Below, piece after piece: positions 36,131-44,835 of a stretch of DNA of 59,679 nt. The notes beneath the pieces were generated by a model. The model had not been told where the DNA came from. It did no database searches and worked only from the letters and a program-made list of their open reading frames with translations. Position 1 is the first letter of the stretch. The number at the start of each line of letters is the position of its first letter. The stretch comes from Acidobacteriota bacterium. Its GTDB lineage: Bacteria; Acidobacteriota; Vicinamibacteria; Vicinamibacterales; JAFNAJ01. Where the stretch lies: positions 1 through 59,679 of the forward strand of contig JAEUQQ010000755.1 of assembly GCA_016789685.1 (NCBI GenBank), in the 5' to 3' direction. A program made the position numbers and the translations under genes.

Positions 36131-37579
36131 CTACTTCGGCTCGGGCACCACCGGGTTCGTGTACGTCTTCTCGAGTGCGGCGATGTATTCGCCGAAGAGC
36201 GCCCGCGTGCCGTCGAACTCGCGCTTCACGGCCGCGCGGTAGTCGGCGCGCGTGGCGAAATCGAACAGGAGCGCCGTCATCGCCTGCGCCTGGATGGTGA
36301 AGCCGTTGTGGCCCACCGCGGTGTAGTTGTCGGCGTCCATCTCGTAGGTGTGGTACTGGCCGTCTGACGTGTAGCCGCTGAAGCCGAACCCCGGGATGTC
36401 GCGCGACACGCTGCCGCTCTCCTCGAAGCCCTGCGGCTTGCCCGGCTCGTCGATCACCTTGCCCGCGCCGAACTGCTTCTGGTACGCGAAGCCGACCTCG
36501 GCGAGCGTCGCCACCGAGATCCCGTCGCGCAGGCTGCCGTAGTTGTCGATCTTGACTTTGGTGCCCGTCGCGAGGGCCGCGGCCTTCGCGGCGTTGTCGA
36601 CGAACTCGCGGACGGTCTTCAGGTACACCTCGTCGGGGTAGCGGATGTAGAACTCGGCCACCGCGAGGTCGGGGACGACGTTGGGTGCAGCGCCGCCCTC
36701 GGTGATGTAGCCCTGGATCCGCGCCTCGGGGCGGATGTTGCTGCGCACGGCGTCGATGTTGCCGAACAGCAGGTTCACGGCGGTCAGCGCGTTGCGGCCG
36801 TTCCACGCGGTCATCTGGTGCGCCGGCGCGCCGCTGAACGTGTAGCGCACACCGTCGATGTTGAGGCAGCACGTCCCGAAGCCCGGCGCGGGCCGGTTGG
36901 TGTTGAGGCCGCTGTGCGTGCGCAGGATGATGTCGGCGCCGTTGAAGACGCCAGCCCTGTGCATCACCACCTTGGCGCTCGGGTCCATCAGTTCCTCGGC
37001 GGGCGTGCCGTAGACGACGACAGTGCCCGGGACCCTGGCTCCGGCGAGGTGTTCCTTGATGGCGACGGCAGCGGCAATGCCAACGGGCCCCTGCGCGCAG
37101 TGCTGGTCGCCGTGGAAATCGCCCTTCGTGCCGCGCAGCGCGTCGTACTCGACGATGAGACCGAGCGTGGGCCCGCCAGCAAGACCGTTCCAGCGGGCGA
37201 CGAACGCGGTGTCGAGGCCGGCGGCGCCCACCTGCACGTCGAATCCGTGGCTCCGCAGTTTCGCGGCGAGCTTCTCGACCGACTTGTGTTCCTTGTAGCC
37301 CACCTCGGGTGTGCGGCAGATGTCGTCAGACAGCGCCAGCAGGTCGCTGCGCATCAGGGTCGCGGCACGCGCGACGACGGCGTCGCGCGCGGCGTTGGGC
37401 GCCGTGAGCGTCGCCACGAGCCTCGGGACGTCGAGCGATCGCTGCACAGCGGCCATCCTGGCGACGACATCGCGCGCCGCGGCGCGCTGGGTCTCGGTCT
37501 CCTGCGCACCGGCAGGTGGGGCGGCGGCAAGCAGGACGGCGGTCAGGCAGACAGGCAGCGGACGGAAGGCAACGCGCAT
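36131..37579 (-). CDS. Secreted M20-family amidohydrolase/peptidase (M20D/AbgB-like)
   Basis: The internal ATG at 37579 has a GAGGAG Shine-Dalgarno sequence and a signal peptide. The N-terminal region ICRTPEVGYKEHKSVEKLAAKLRSHGFDV is typical of M20D enzymes. The metal-site motif is atypical (HGDQHCAQG). Confidence 0.7.
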   Translation of the reverse strand: MRVAFRPLPVCLTAVLLAAAPPAGAQETETQRAAARDVVARMAAVQRSLDVPRLVATLTAPNAARDAVVARAATLMRSDLLALSDDICRTPEVGYKEHKSVEKLAAKLRSHGFDVQVGAAGLDTAFVARWNGLAGGPTLGLIVEYDALRGTKGDFHGDQHCAQGPVGIAAAVAIKEHLAGARVPGTVVVYGTPAEELMDPSAKVVMHRAGVFNGADIILRTHSGLNTNRPAPGFGTCCLNIDGVRYTFSGAPAHQMTAWNGRNALTAVNLLFGNIDAVRSNIRPEARIQGYITEGGAAPNVVPDLAVAEFYIRYPDEVYLKTVREFVDNAAKAAALATGTKVKIDNYGSLRDGISVATLAEVGFAYQKQFGAGKVIDEPGKPQGFEESGSVSRDIPGFGFSGYTSDGQYHTYEMDADNYTAVGHNGFTIQAQAMTALLFDFATRADYRAAVKREFDGTRALFGEYIAALEKTYTNPVVPEPK

Positions 37580-37831
37580 CGGCAACTCCTCGTGGCGCGG
37601 CCATGGTAGCGCAACGGTCGAGCCCGTGCATCGCCGTGGCCAGGCCGCGAGCGGCGCCGGCGAGGCCGTCGTCAGGGCCTTGACGAGGGAGCGGCCCGTC
37701 CCTATCGTCATTCGACGACTGAACGGCGCGATCAAGCGGCGCGTTGACGGCAGCAGTGGTTCGTCGCCACCACGCAGCGCGACATCGTGGCCGCGTGCGC
37801 GCTCGCGTGCGCCGTAGACAGAGGCCGTCCG

Positions 37832-38236
37832 ATGACCACCGTCGTGTTCGCGTGCATCCACAACGCCGGCCGCTCGCAGATGGCAGCCGCGCTGTTCAAC
37901 CTCGTGTGCGACCCGGCGAAGGCGCGGGCGATCTCGGCCGGCACCAATCCCGGCCCCCGCGTGCATCCCGAGGTGCAGGCCGCGATGGCAGAACTCGGCG
38001 TCGATCTGTCGGGCATTGCGCCGCAGAAGCTCACCGCCGACCTCGCGGCCGGCGCGTCGTTCCTCATCACGATGGGCTGCGGCGACCAGTGCCCCGTCGT
38101 TCCGGGCGCGGTGCGCGACGACTGGCCGCTGCCCGATCCGAAGGGCCGCCCGATCGACGAGGTGCGCGCGATTCGCGACGACGTGCGCGGGCGCGTCGAG
38201 CGATTCGCCGACGCGCACGGGTGGACGCGCGGCTGA
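37832..38236 (+). CDS. arsC: Arsenate reductase, low-molecular-weight phosphatase type
   Basis: The CX5R(S) P-loop is VVFACIHNAGRSQMA. Later motifs include ITMGCGDQCP and DWPLPDP. Confidence 0.8.
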   Translation: MTTVVFACIHNAGRSQMAAALFNLVCDPAKARAISAGTNPGPRVHPEVQAAMAELGVDLSGIAPQKLTADLAAGASFLITMGCGDQCPVVPGAVRDDWPLPDPKGRPIDEVRAIRDDVRGRVERFADAHGWTRG

Positions 38237-38347
38237 ACGATGCGCCGCGCGCGTGGGGGTGTGCACCGCGACGTGTGAGCGGCACGCTCATCGCTGCCAT
38301 TGCCAAGCAGTGCCCTCCGCGTGCAGACTGCTCAGCCGAGGTGGTGC

Positions 38348-40243
38348 ATGGTGTACGTGCGACGTCCGCTGACTTCCCTGCTGGCCCTCCTGTTCACGGT
38401 GGCTTCCGGCGGATGGCCCCCGGCTCCGGCGATGGTGCGGGCGGCAGGAGCGCCCGACGGGCCGCCAGCCCTCGACGCCGGCAAGCGCGTCGCCGCGACC
38501 AACGGCGTCGTGTCGTCGGCCAATGCGCTCGCGAGTGACGCCGGCATCGAGATGCTGCGCCTCGGCGGCAACGCCGTCGATGCGGCGGTGGCCACGGCGT
38601 TTGCGATCGGCGTCGTCGAGCCGCAGATGTCGGGCCTCGGCGGCAGCGGGTCAGCGACAATCTGGATGAAGGCCGACGGCAAGCCGTCGTATCTCGATTT
38701 CTACGCATCGCAGCCGGCAGACGCCTGGGTCGGCCACGTCGAACCCACACCGCCGCCGGCCAGCGGCACGTCGGCGCCAGGTGCCGCGACGTCCACAACC
38801 GCTCCGGCCACCGAGGCCGAGGCCAGCGCCGCACGTCGCGAAGCGGGCGACCTCCGGGTCGTCGGCATTCCTGGGGCGGTTGCCGGCCTGCTCACCCTGC
38901 ACGAGAAGTTCGGCACGCTGACGCGCGAGCAGGTGATGGGGCCGGCGATCCGGCTCGCCGAGCAGGGGTTCCCGGTCGGACAGATCCTCGCCGACTTCAT
39001 CGCGGGCAGCGAGGCCAAACTCAAGCCGTTCCCGCAGGCGATGGCGCTCTACTTCCCCGATGGCAAGGCGCTGGGGCCGGGCGCGACGCTCAGGAACCCG
39101 GCGCTGGCCGAGTCGCTCAGGCGCGTGTCGCGCGAGGGGCGGCGAGGCTTCTACGAGGGGCCGACGGCGCAGGGGCTGATCGCGGCCCTCAACGCCGGCA
39201 GGCATCCGGCGCGGTTATCGGATCTCGCGGCGTTCCAGCCGCAGTGGAAGCGTCCGCTGTGCACCGACTACCGCGGAATGACGGTGCTGTCGGCGCCACC
39301 GCCGCAGACGGGCTTCCAGGTGCTGCACACGCTGGAACTGCTCGAACCCTACGATCTCAAGGCGCTCGGACTTCCGGTGCAGTCGGCGGCGGCCTTCGAC
39401 GTGCTCACCTCGGCGTTGCGCGTCGGCCATGCCGAGGCGCGGGCCAACGCCGATCCCAACTGGGTGCGGGTGCCGGCCAACGGCATCTCGTCGGCCTTGT
39501 TCGCCGACACGCGACGGGCGCTGGTCGGCACGCGAACCGCGGCCGAACGCGTGGAGGCAGCCGACGCGGCCAAGTTCGACGCCGCCGCGCCGACCGGGGA
39601 GTGCGGACGTTACGAGCCCTACGGGCCCGCGCCGGCGGTAAGTGATGCGCCCCCGGCGGCAGCCGTGCGTGACGAGGCGGGCGAGAGAGACGCTGACGCG
39701 CAGGGCGAGACGACGCACCTGTCGGTGGTGGATCGGCACGGCAACGCGGTGGCGCTGACGGTCACGAACAGCAGCGTGTTCGGCTCCGGCGGCTTCGCCG
39801 AGGGGTTCTTCCTCAACGATTCCGGCTTCCGTTTCACCGAGGCGAACATCACGGCGCCGGCGCGCAGCCGGTGGCGCATCCGGACGACAACGATTGCGCC
39901 GACCATCGTGCTCAAGGGGGGCGACGTGCAGATGGTGATCGGGGCGCCGGGGGGCGGGCGGATCCCGACCGAGATCCTGCAGGTGATGGTGTATGTGCTC
40001 GACTACGGCCTCGACCCGCTCGATGCGGTGCGTCTGCCGCGGATCTTCGCGTCGGCGGCGAACCGCAAGGTGCAGCTCGAGCACGGGTTCACGCCGGAAC
40101 TGTTGCGCGAGATCCGCGCGATGGGCTACGACCCGGTGGCCGAGTCAGCCGGCTATGCCCGCCTGTATCTGATCGTGCGTCGCGACGGCACATGGGTCGG
40201 CGTTGCCGACCCCCGCCACGACGGCCAACCCCGCGGCTACTGA
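38348..40243 (+). CDS. ggt: Gamma-glutamyltranspeptidase
   Basis: ATG at 38348 behind a GAGGTGG Shine-Dalgarno sequence, followed by a signal peptide. The autoprocessing and nucleophile site is GETTHLSVVDRHGNAVALTVTNS. The C-terminal part contains GAPGGGRI. Confidence 0.9.
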   Translation: MVYVRRPLTSLLALLFTVASGGWPPAPAMVRAAGAPDGPPALDAGKRVAATNGVVSSANALASDAGIEMLRLGGNAVDAAVATAFAIGVVEPQMSGLGGSGSATIWMKADGKPSYLDFYASQPADAWVGHVEPTPPPASGTSAPGAATSTTAPATEAEASAARREAGDLRVVGIPGAVAGLLTLHEKFGTLTREQVMGPAIRLAEQGFPVGQILADFIAGSEAKLKPFPQAMALYFPDGKALGPGATLRNPALAESLRRVSREGRRGFYEGPTAQGLIAALNAGRHPARLSDLAAFQPQWKRPLCTDYRGMTVLSAPPPQTGFQVLHTLELLEPYDLKALGLPVQSAAAFDVLTSALRVGHAEARANADPNWVRVPANGISSALFADTRRALVGTRTAAERVEAADAAKFDAAAPTGECGRYEPYGPAPAVSDAPPAAAVRDEAGERDADAQGETTHLSVVDRHGNAVALTVTNSSVFGSGGFAEGFFLNDSGFRFTEANITAPARSRWRIRTTTIAPTIVLKGGDVQMVIGAPGGGRIPTEILQVMVYVLDYGLDPLDAVRLPRIFASAANRKVQLEHGFTPELLREIRAMGYDPVAESAGYARLYLIVRRDGTWVGVADPRHDGQPRGY

Positions 40244-40331
40244 GGGGTCACGTCTTTCATTGCAGCAAAATTCAAGACCTGGCACCACAGGGTCAGGTCT
40301 TGAGAAATGCTGCAATGAAAGATGTGACCCC
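40244..40331. repeat. 88-nt imperfect palindromic REP/MITE-like element
   Basis: The left arm is GGGGTCACGTCTTTCATTGCAGCAAAATTCAAGACCTG (40244-40281). The right arm is CAGGTCTTGAGAAATGCTGCAATGAAAGATGTGACCCC (40294-40331). 33 of 38 positions are complementary, with a 12-nt spacer. The element starts right after the ggt stop and is locally AT-richer than its surroundings. Confidence 0.8.
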
Positions 40332-40350
40332 TTCCGCTAGGATCACCGGC

Positions 40351-41418
40351 ATGCTGATTCGCACTCTCGTGGCGGGCGCCGTCGTCGCGGGCGCGCTGGC
40401 CGGTGCCCCGGCACCCGCGCACGCGCAAACGACTCCCATCCCTGTCAAGGTCGTCGTCGTCACCATGTTCGAGGTCGGTAACGACACCGGCGACCGCCCA
40501 GGCGAACTCCAGTTCTGGGTCGAACGCAAGTCCCTCGACCGCGTCCTGCCCTTCCCCCAGGGCTACCGCGACCTCCGCATGAACGGCGATGGCGTACTCG
40601 CCGTCCTCACCGGCGTCGGCAACGTGCGCTCCGCCGCAACCATCATGGCGCTCGGCCTCGATCCCCGTTTCGACCTCCGCCAGGCCTACTGGGTCGTCGC
40701 CGGCATCGCCGGAGGGGATCCCGCAGACACGTCGATGGGCGCGGCCGCCTGGGCCGAATGGGTCGTCGACGGCGACCTCGGCCACGAGATCGACGCCCGC
40801 GAGGCCCCCGCCGACTGGCCGACCGGCTTCGTTCCCCTGCGCAAGACCGTCCCCTACGAGATGCCGCGCGCCAACGCCGACACCTTCGAGGCCTTCCGCC
40901 TGAATCCCTCACTCGTCGACTGGGCCTACCAGCTGACGCGGTCGGTGGAACTCGTCGACTCCGACGTGATGCAGAAGGAGCGCCTCCGCTACACCGAGGC
41001 CGCCGCACGCCGGGCACCGTTCGTCCTCAAGGGCGACACGCTGTCGTCGAGCACGTTCTGGACGGGCGCGCGCCTCGACCAGTGGGCCAACCAGTGGGTG
41101 CAGTACCACACCGGCGGCTCCGGCCGGTTCACGACGACGGCGATGGAAGACACCGGGACCCTGCAGTCGCTGACCTGGCTCGCCCGGGCGGGGAAGGTGG
41201 ACCTCAATCGCATCCTCGTGCTGCGGACCGTGAGCAACTTCGACCAGCCGCCGCCGGGCATGACCGCCGCCGAGGGCCTCGCCCGCACGAACTCCGGCGT
41301 CTACCTCGGATTCCTGCCCGCGCTGGAGTCGGCGTATCGCGTCGGCAATACCGTCGTCGACTACCTCGTCGCGCACTGGAACACGGTCAAGGACACCCCT
41401 CCCACCGTCGCACGCTGA
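40351..41418 (+). CDS. Purine nucleoside permease (NUP) family protein, secreted/periplasmic
   Basis: The ATG at 40351 gives a signal peptide ending AHAQ. NUP-family signatures follow: KVVVVTMFEVGNDTGDRPGELQFW, LTGVGNVRSAATIMALGLDPRFDL and YWVVAGIAGGDP. Confidence 0.7.
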   Translation: MLIRTLVAGAVVAGALAGAPAPAHAQTTPIPVKVVVVTMFEVGNDTGDRPGELQFWVERKSLDRVLPFPQGYRDLRMNGDGVLAVLTGVGNVRSAATIMALGLDPRFDLRQAYWVVAGIAGGDPADTSMGAAAWAEWVVDGDLGHEIDAREAPADWPTGFVPLRKTVPYEMPRANADTFEAFRLNPSLVDWAYQLTRSVELVDSDVMQKERLRYTEAAARRAPFVLKGDTLSSSTFWTGARLDQWANQWVQYHTGGSGRFTTTAMEDTGTLQSLTWLARAGKVDLNRILVLRTVSNFDQPPPGMTAAEGLARTNSGVYLGFLPALESAYRVGNTVVDYLVAHWNTVKDTPPTVAR

Positions 41419-41646
41419 CCCGTCGTGCCGCGTGGCATCGCCCGCTCCCGAGGCACGGGCGGGGTCTTCGGGGCCAGCGCAAGGCGCGATTCGGATTGCA
41501 GCCCTGCCCGAGGGGGGAGAAGATGGAGGCTGTACGACAGGATCCACCTCCCCTGGACCATGCGGGACGTCGTGCGCGATCTCCGGTTGCTGCAGCCACA
41601 GCGCGGAGGGCGCCCCTATCAGCGTGGCTGCGCGGGAGCAGACCTC

Positions 41647-42021
41647 ATGAGTCTTCGTGACAAGTACAACGCCGCCATCCAGGTCGCCAAGTCGGTGGGC
41701 ATGGAAGGCGCGGCCGAAGAGAAAGACGGCAAGCTGCAGTTCAAGGGCACCGTGAAGTCCGAGGACGAGAAGAACCGGATCTGGGACGCCCTCAAGTCGG
41801 TGCCGACGTGGAAGGACGAGCTCAACGCCAGGATCGACGTGGTCGCGCCCAAAGACGTGACCTACACGGTGCAGGCCGGCGACTCGCTGAGCAAGATCGC
41901 GAAGCAGTTCCTCGGCAGCGCCAACGACTACATGGCGATCTTCAACGCCAACAAGGACCAGTTGAGCGATCCCGACAAGATCAAGCCCGGCCAGGTCCTG
42001 AAGATCCCCGCCAAGAAGTAG
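41647..42021 (+). CDS. BON/LysM domain protein (YgaU-like)
   Basis: GGGAG Shine-Dalgarno sequence before the ATG at 41647. The C-terminal LysM motif is YTVQAGDSLSKIAKQFLGSANDYMAIFNANKDQLSDPDKIKPGQVLKIP. Confidence 0.8.
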   Translation: MSLRDKYNAAIQVAKSVGMEGAAEEKDGKLQFKGTVKSEDEKNRIWDALKSVPTWKDELNARIDVVAPKDVTYTVQAGDSLSKIAKQFLGSANDYMAIFNANKDQLSDPDKIKPGQVLKIPAKK

Positions 42022-42187
42022 CCTCCGGGCGTCGTCCGGGGTTGGCCCGGCCAATCCCGGACGGCCTGGCGTACCATCGCGCGAATGCACGCCACCGCCG
42101 TCTTCGACTCACGCCACGCGCCTGCGCCACCGCCCCCCGTGCCCGACGACACCGACCTCACCACGCCAGTCTGGAACGGGTGACGCC

Positions 42188-43177
42188 GTGAGCGCACTCC
42201 CACCGGCGTTCCACGCCGCGCACGACGCGTTCGGCCGCACGGCGGCTCTCGCCTTCACCGCGTCGTTTCCGTTCCTCGGCGTGCCGTTGCACGTCCGCAG
42301 CAACGCCGAAGCCGCCGTGACGCTGGCCACGCAAACGTTCGGCCCGTGGGCGTCACTCGCATCGCGGCTCGTCCGTCGAGACGGGCATGCGCACCTCGAC
42401 GTCATCGTGCACGGCGACGACACGTCGCCCCCATCACGGCTCGACTACCGCAGCCACGGCGACGTGTTCATGTCGGCGGGCCAGGGCCTGCTGTCGACCG
42501 TGCGGCTCGACACCCAGCACGCCGTGGCGTTCGTGTCGCCGTCAGCCCTCGGGGCACCCGACTGGTTCACCGCGCACGTGAACGGACTCGGCATCCTCGC
42601 CGCCACGCAGCGAGACCGCCTCCCCCTGCATGCCGCCTGCATTGTCCGCGACGGTCGTGCCTGGGTGCTGATCGGCGCGAGCGGCATCGGGAAGTCGACG
42701 CTCACCTACGCGTGCCACGACGCGGGCGTCGAGGTCCTCGCCGAAGACACGGTGTTCGTCTCGCTGGCTGGCGAGCCGCGGCTCTGGGGGCATGCCGCCT
42801 GCGCCTGGCTCGCCCCAGACGCCGTGCGCTTCTTCCCCTCGCTCGCCGGTCGCCCGGTCGTCACCCGGCACAACGGCAAACGGCGCATCGCAGCCTCGCT
42901 CGAGGTCGCCGGCCGCCAGCCGCGCCTCGCCCACGAAGGCACGGTGACCGTCGTGCTGCTCACGCGCGGAGCCGACGGACCAGCCGCGACACCGGTGGGC
43001 CACCGCGACGTCGTGTCGGCGCTCGCCGCGGTCGACGAGGGCTTCGACCAGTATCCCGAGGGCCGTGGCGCCGTCGTCGGCTGGCTCTCGACGCAGCCGG
43101 CCTACCGCCTCGCGATCGGCGACGACCCGGCGCGGGCCGTGGCGACCATCCTGGCCCTGCCGGGCACGACCTCCTGA
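42188..43177 (+). CDS. HPr-kinase-related P-loop kinase (HprK C-terminal-domain-like)
   Basis: GTG start. The sequence LPLHAACIVRDGRAWVLIGASGIGKSTLTYAC resembles the HprK-type Walker-A region. It is the first gene of the radical SAM operon. Confidence 0.65.
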   Translation: MSALPPAFHAAHDAFGRTAALAFTASFPFLGVPLHVRSNAEAAVTLATQTFGPWASLASRLVRRDGHAHLDVIVHGDDTSPPSRLDYRSHGDVFMSAGQGLLSTVRLDTQHAVAFVSPSALGAPDWFTAHVNGLGILAATQRDRLPLHAACIVRDGRAWVLIGASGIGKSTLTYACHDAGVEVLAEDTVFVSLAGEPRLWGHAACAWLAPDAVRFFPSLAGRPVVTRHNGKRRIAASLEVAGRQPRLAHEGTVTVVLLTRGADGPAATPVGHRDVVSALAAVDEGFDQYPEGRGAVVGWLSTQPAYRLAIGDDPARAVATILALPGTTS

Positions 43178-43338
43178 CCCCGGCGTCGCCAGCCAGCGAT
43201 ATACTCTGTCGTCGATCCCCTGTCTCGCCTGCGTCGCCAGCGGTGGTGCCTCACGACGTCCGGCGCCGGATGCCGCTGTGCCCTCGCGGCCCCGGTGAGG
43301 CGAGGGGATCGGTGGGCGAGTCTTCCGTGCGGGGTCAG

Positions 43339-44832
43339 ATGATCGACGTATTGCTCGCGAGCGCCAACTACATGGCGCTCGATCGCAAGCAGGTTCGAAA
43401 GCAGAAACCCTACCCTCCGCTGGCCACGCTCTATGCCGCGGCGCACCTGCGCGAGGCGGGCATCGCCGTCGACGTGTTCGACGCGACGCTGGCGGCCGAC
43501 GAGCGTGCGTTCGACGCGCACCTCGCGCGCGTGCGTCCGCGTGTCGTGTGCCTGTTCGAGGACAACTTCAACTTCCTCTCGAAGATGTGCCTGAGCCGCA
43601 TGCGCGAGGCGGCGACGGCCATGGCGCGCGCCAGCCGTGCGGCGGGCGCCCTCGTGATCGCGGCGGGATCAGACGTCACCGACCGTCCGCACCTCTACCT
43701 GGGCGACGCGGTCGACTACGCGTTGCTCGGCGAGCCCGATCACGCGTTGCGCGAGGTCATCGACATCGCCCTGGGCCGCGTGGCCGGCGACATCGCAAAG
43801 GTGGCCGGCGTGGCGGTGCACGATCGACACTCGGATGGAGGCGTCCGCGTCGCGGCCGGACGCCCGCCCGAGCGCCGGCCCGATGTCTTTCCGCGTCCGG
43901 CGTGGGATCTCGTCGACATCGACGCCTACCGCGCGGTCTGGACGGCCGCCCACGGGCACTTCAGCCTCAACCTCGTGACCACGCGCGGGTGTCCGTTCCA
44001 CTGCAACTGGTGCGCGAAGCCCATCTGGGGACAGCGCTATGCGATGCACACGCCTGCGCGCATCGCCGACGATGTGGCGCACGTGAAGGCGCACTATGCG
44101 CCCGATCACATCTGGTTCGCCGACGACATCTTCGGCCTGCGGCCCGAATGGGTGCTCGAGTTCGCGCACGAACTCGACGCGCGCGACGCCCGCGTGCCGT
44201 TCACGATCCAGACGCGCGCCGACCTGCTCACGCCGGCGGCCGTCGACGCGCTCGCGCGCGCCGGCTGCGTCGAAGCCTGGCTCGGCGCCGAGAGCGGCAG
44301 CCAGGCAATCCTCGATGCCATGGACAAGGGCACGCGGCTCGGCGACATCGCCGAGGCGCGGGATCGCCTGCGCGCGGCCGGCATCCGCGCCGCGTTCTTC
44401 CTGCAGTTCGGCTACCCCGGCGAGACATTCGCCGACATCGAGGCCACGCGCCGGATGGTGGTCGACCTGCTGCCCGACGACATCGGCGTCAGCGTCACCT
44501 ATCCGCTGCCGGGCACGCGGCTGTTCGAACGCGTCAGGCGCGAAATCCGCGACAAGACGAACTGGTGCGACAGCGACGACCTCTCGATGATGTTCCTCGG
44601 CACCTACGACTCGTCGTTCTACCGCGAGCTCCACGCGCTCCTGCATCGCGAACTCGTCGTCAGGCTCGCCGAGTCGCGCGGTGAGCCGGGCACGGCACCC
44701 GAACGCGAAGACGTCGAGCGCACCTGGGCACGACTGGCCGACACCGAGAGCACGTTCCGCAATCGCGAGCCGGTCGTCCTGTCGGCCCAGGCCGCATCAC
44801 CGCGGCCCGATCTCAGCGGGGCGTGGAACTGA
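43339..44832 (+). CDS. Cobalamin-binding-domain radical SAM enzyme, paralogue A1
   Basis: The N-terminal Rossmann-like B12-type domain contains KPYPPLATLYAAAHLREAGIAVDVFD. The radical SAM cluster motif is TTRGCPFHCNWC. The start is ambiguous, with in-frame GTG/ATG codons at 43243, 43270 and 43312. Confidence 0.85.
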   Translation: MIDVLLASANYMALDRKQVRKQKPYPPLATLYAAAHLREAGIAVDVFDATLAADERAFDAHLARVRPRVVCLFEDNFNFLSKMCLSRMREAATAMARASRAAGALVIAAGSDVTDRPHLYLGDAVDYALLGEPDHALREVIDIALGRVAGDIAKVAGVAVHDRHSDGGVRVAAGRPPERRPDVFPRPAWDLVDIDAYRAVWTAAHGHFSLNLVTTRGCPFHCNWCAKPIWGQRYAMHTPARIADDVAHVKAHYAPDHIWFADDIFGLRPEWVLEFAHELDARDARVPFTIQTRADLLTPAAVDALARAGCVEAWLGAESGSQAILDAMDKGTRLGDIAEARDRLRAAGIRAAFFLQFGYPGETFADIEATRRMVVDLLPDDIGVSVTYPLPGTRLFERVRREIRDKTNWCDSDDLSMMFLGTYDSSFYRELHALLHRELVVRLAESRGEPGTAPEREDVERTWARLADTESTFRNREPVVLSAQAASPRPDLSGAWN

Positions 44833-44835
44833 GCG

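Noticed and set aside
37832-38236. arsC as part of an arsenic-resistance island.
   Set aside because: No arsR, arsB/acr3, arsA or arsD lie adjacent, so it appears to be a stand-alone reductase gene. It is unremarkable.
34914-38266. Track ORFs 34914..36872 (652 aa) and 36131..38266 (711 aa) taken at full length.
   Set aside because: Their 5' extensions are Arg-rich and overlap neighbouring genes. Internal ATGs at 36056 and 37579 have Shine-Dalgarno sequences and give proper signal peptides, so the genes were shortened.
40237-40785. 182-aa minus-strand ORF and the 5' extension of 39871..41418 that run through the palindromic repeat.
   Set aside because: Both read through the inverted repeat, which explains the mirrored …FHCS…/…AAMKDVTP… peptides. 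They overlap ggt or the NUP gene out of frame. The real NUP gene starts at 40351 with a signal peptide.
43174-43205. Possible sigma70-like promoter (CTGACC … TATACT) between the kinase gene and the first radical SAM gene.
   Set aside because: The spacing between the two hexamers is about 20 bp, which is too long, and the promoter consensus for this lineage is unknown. It was not reported as a feature.
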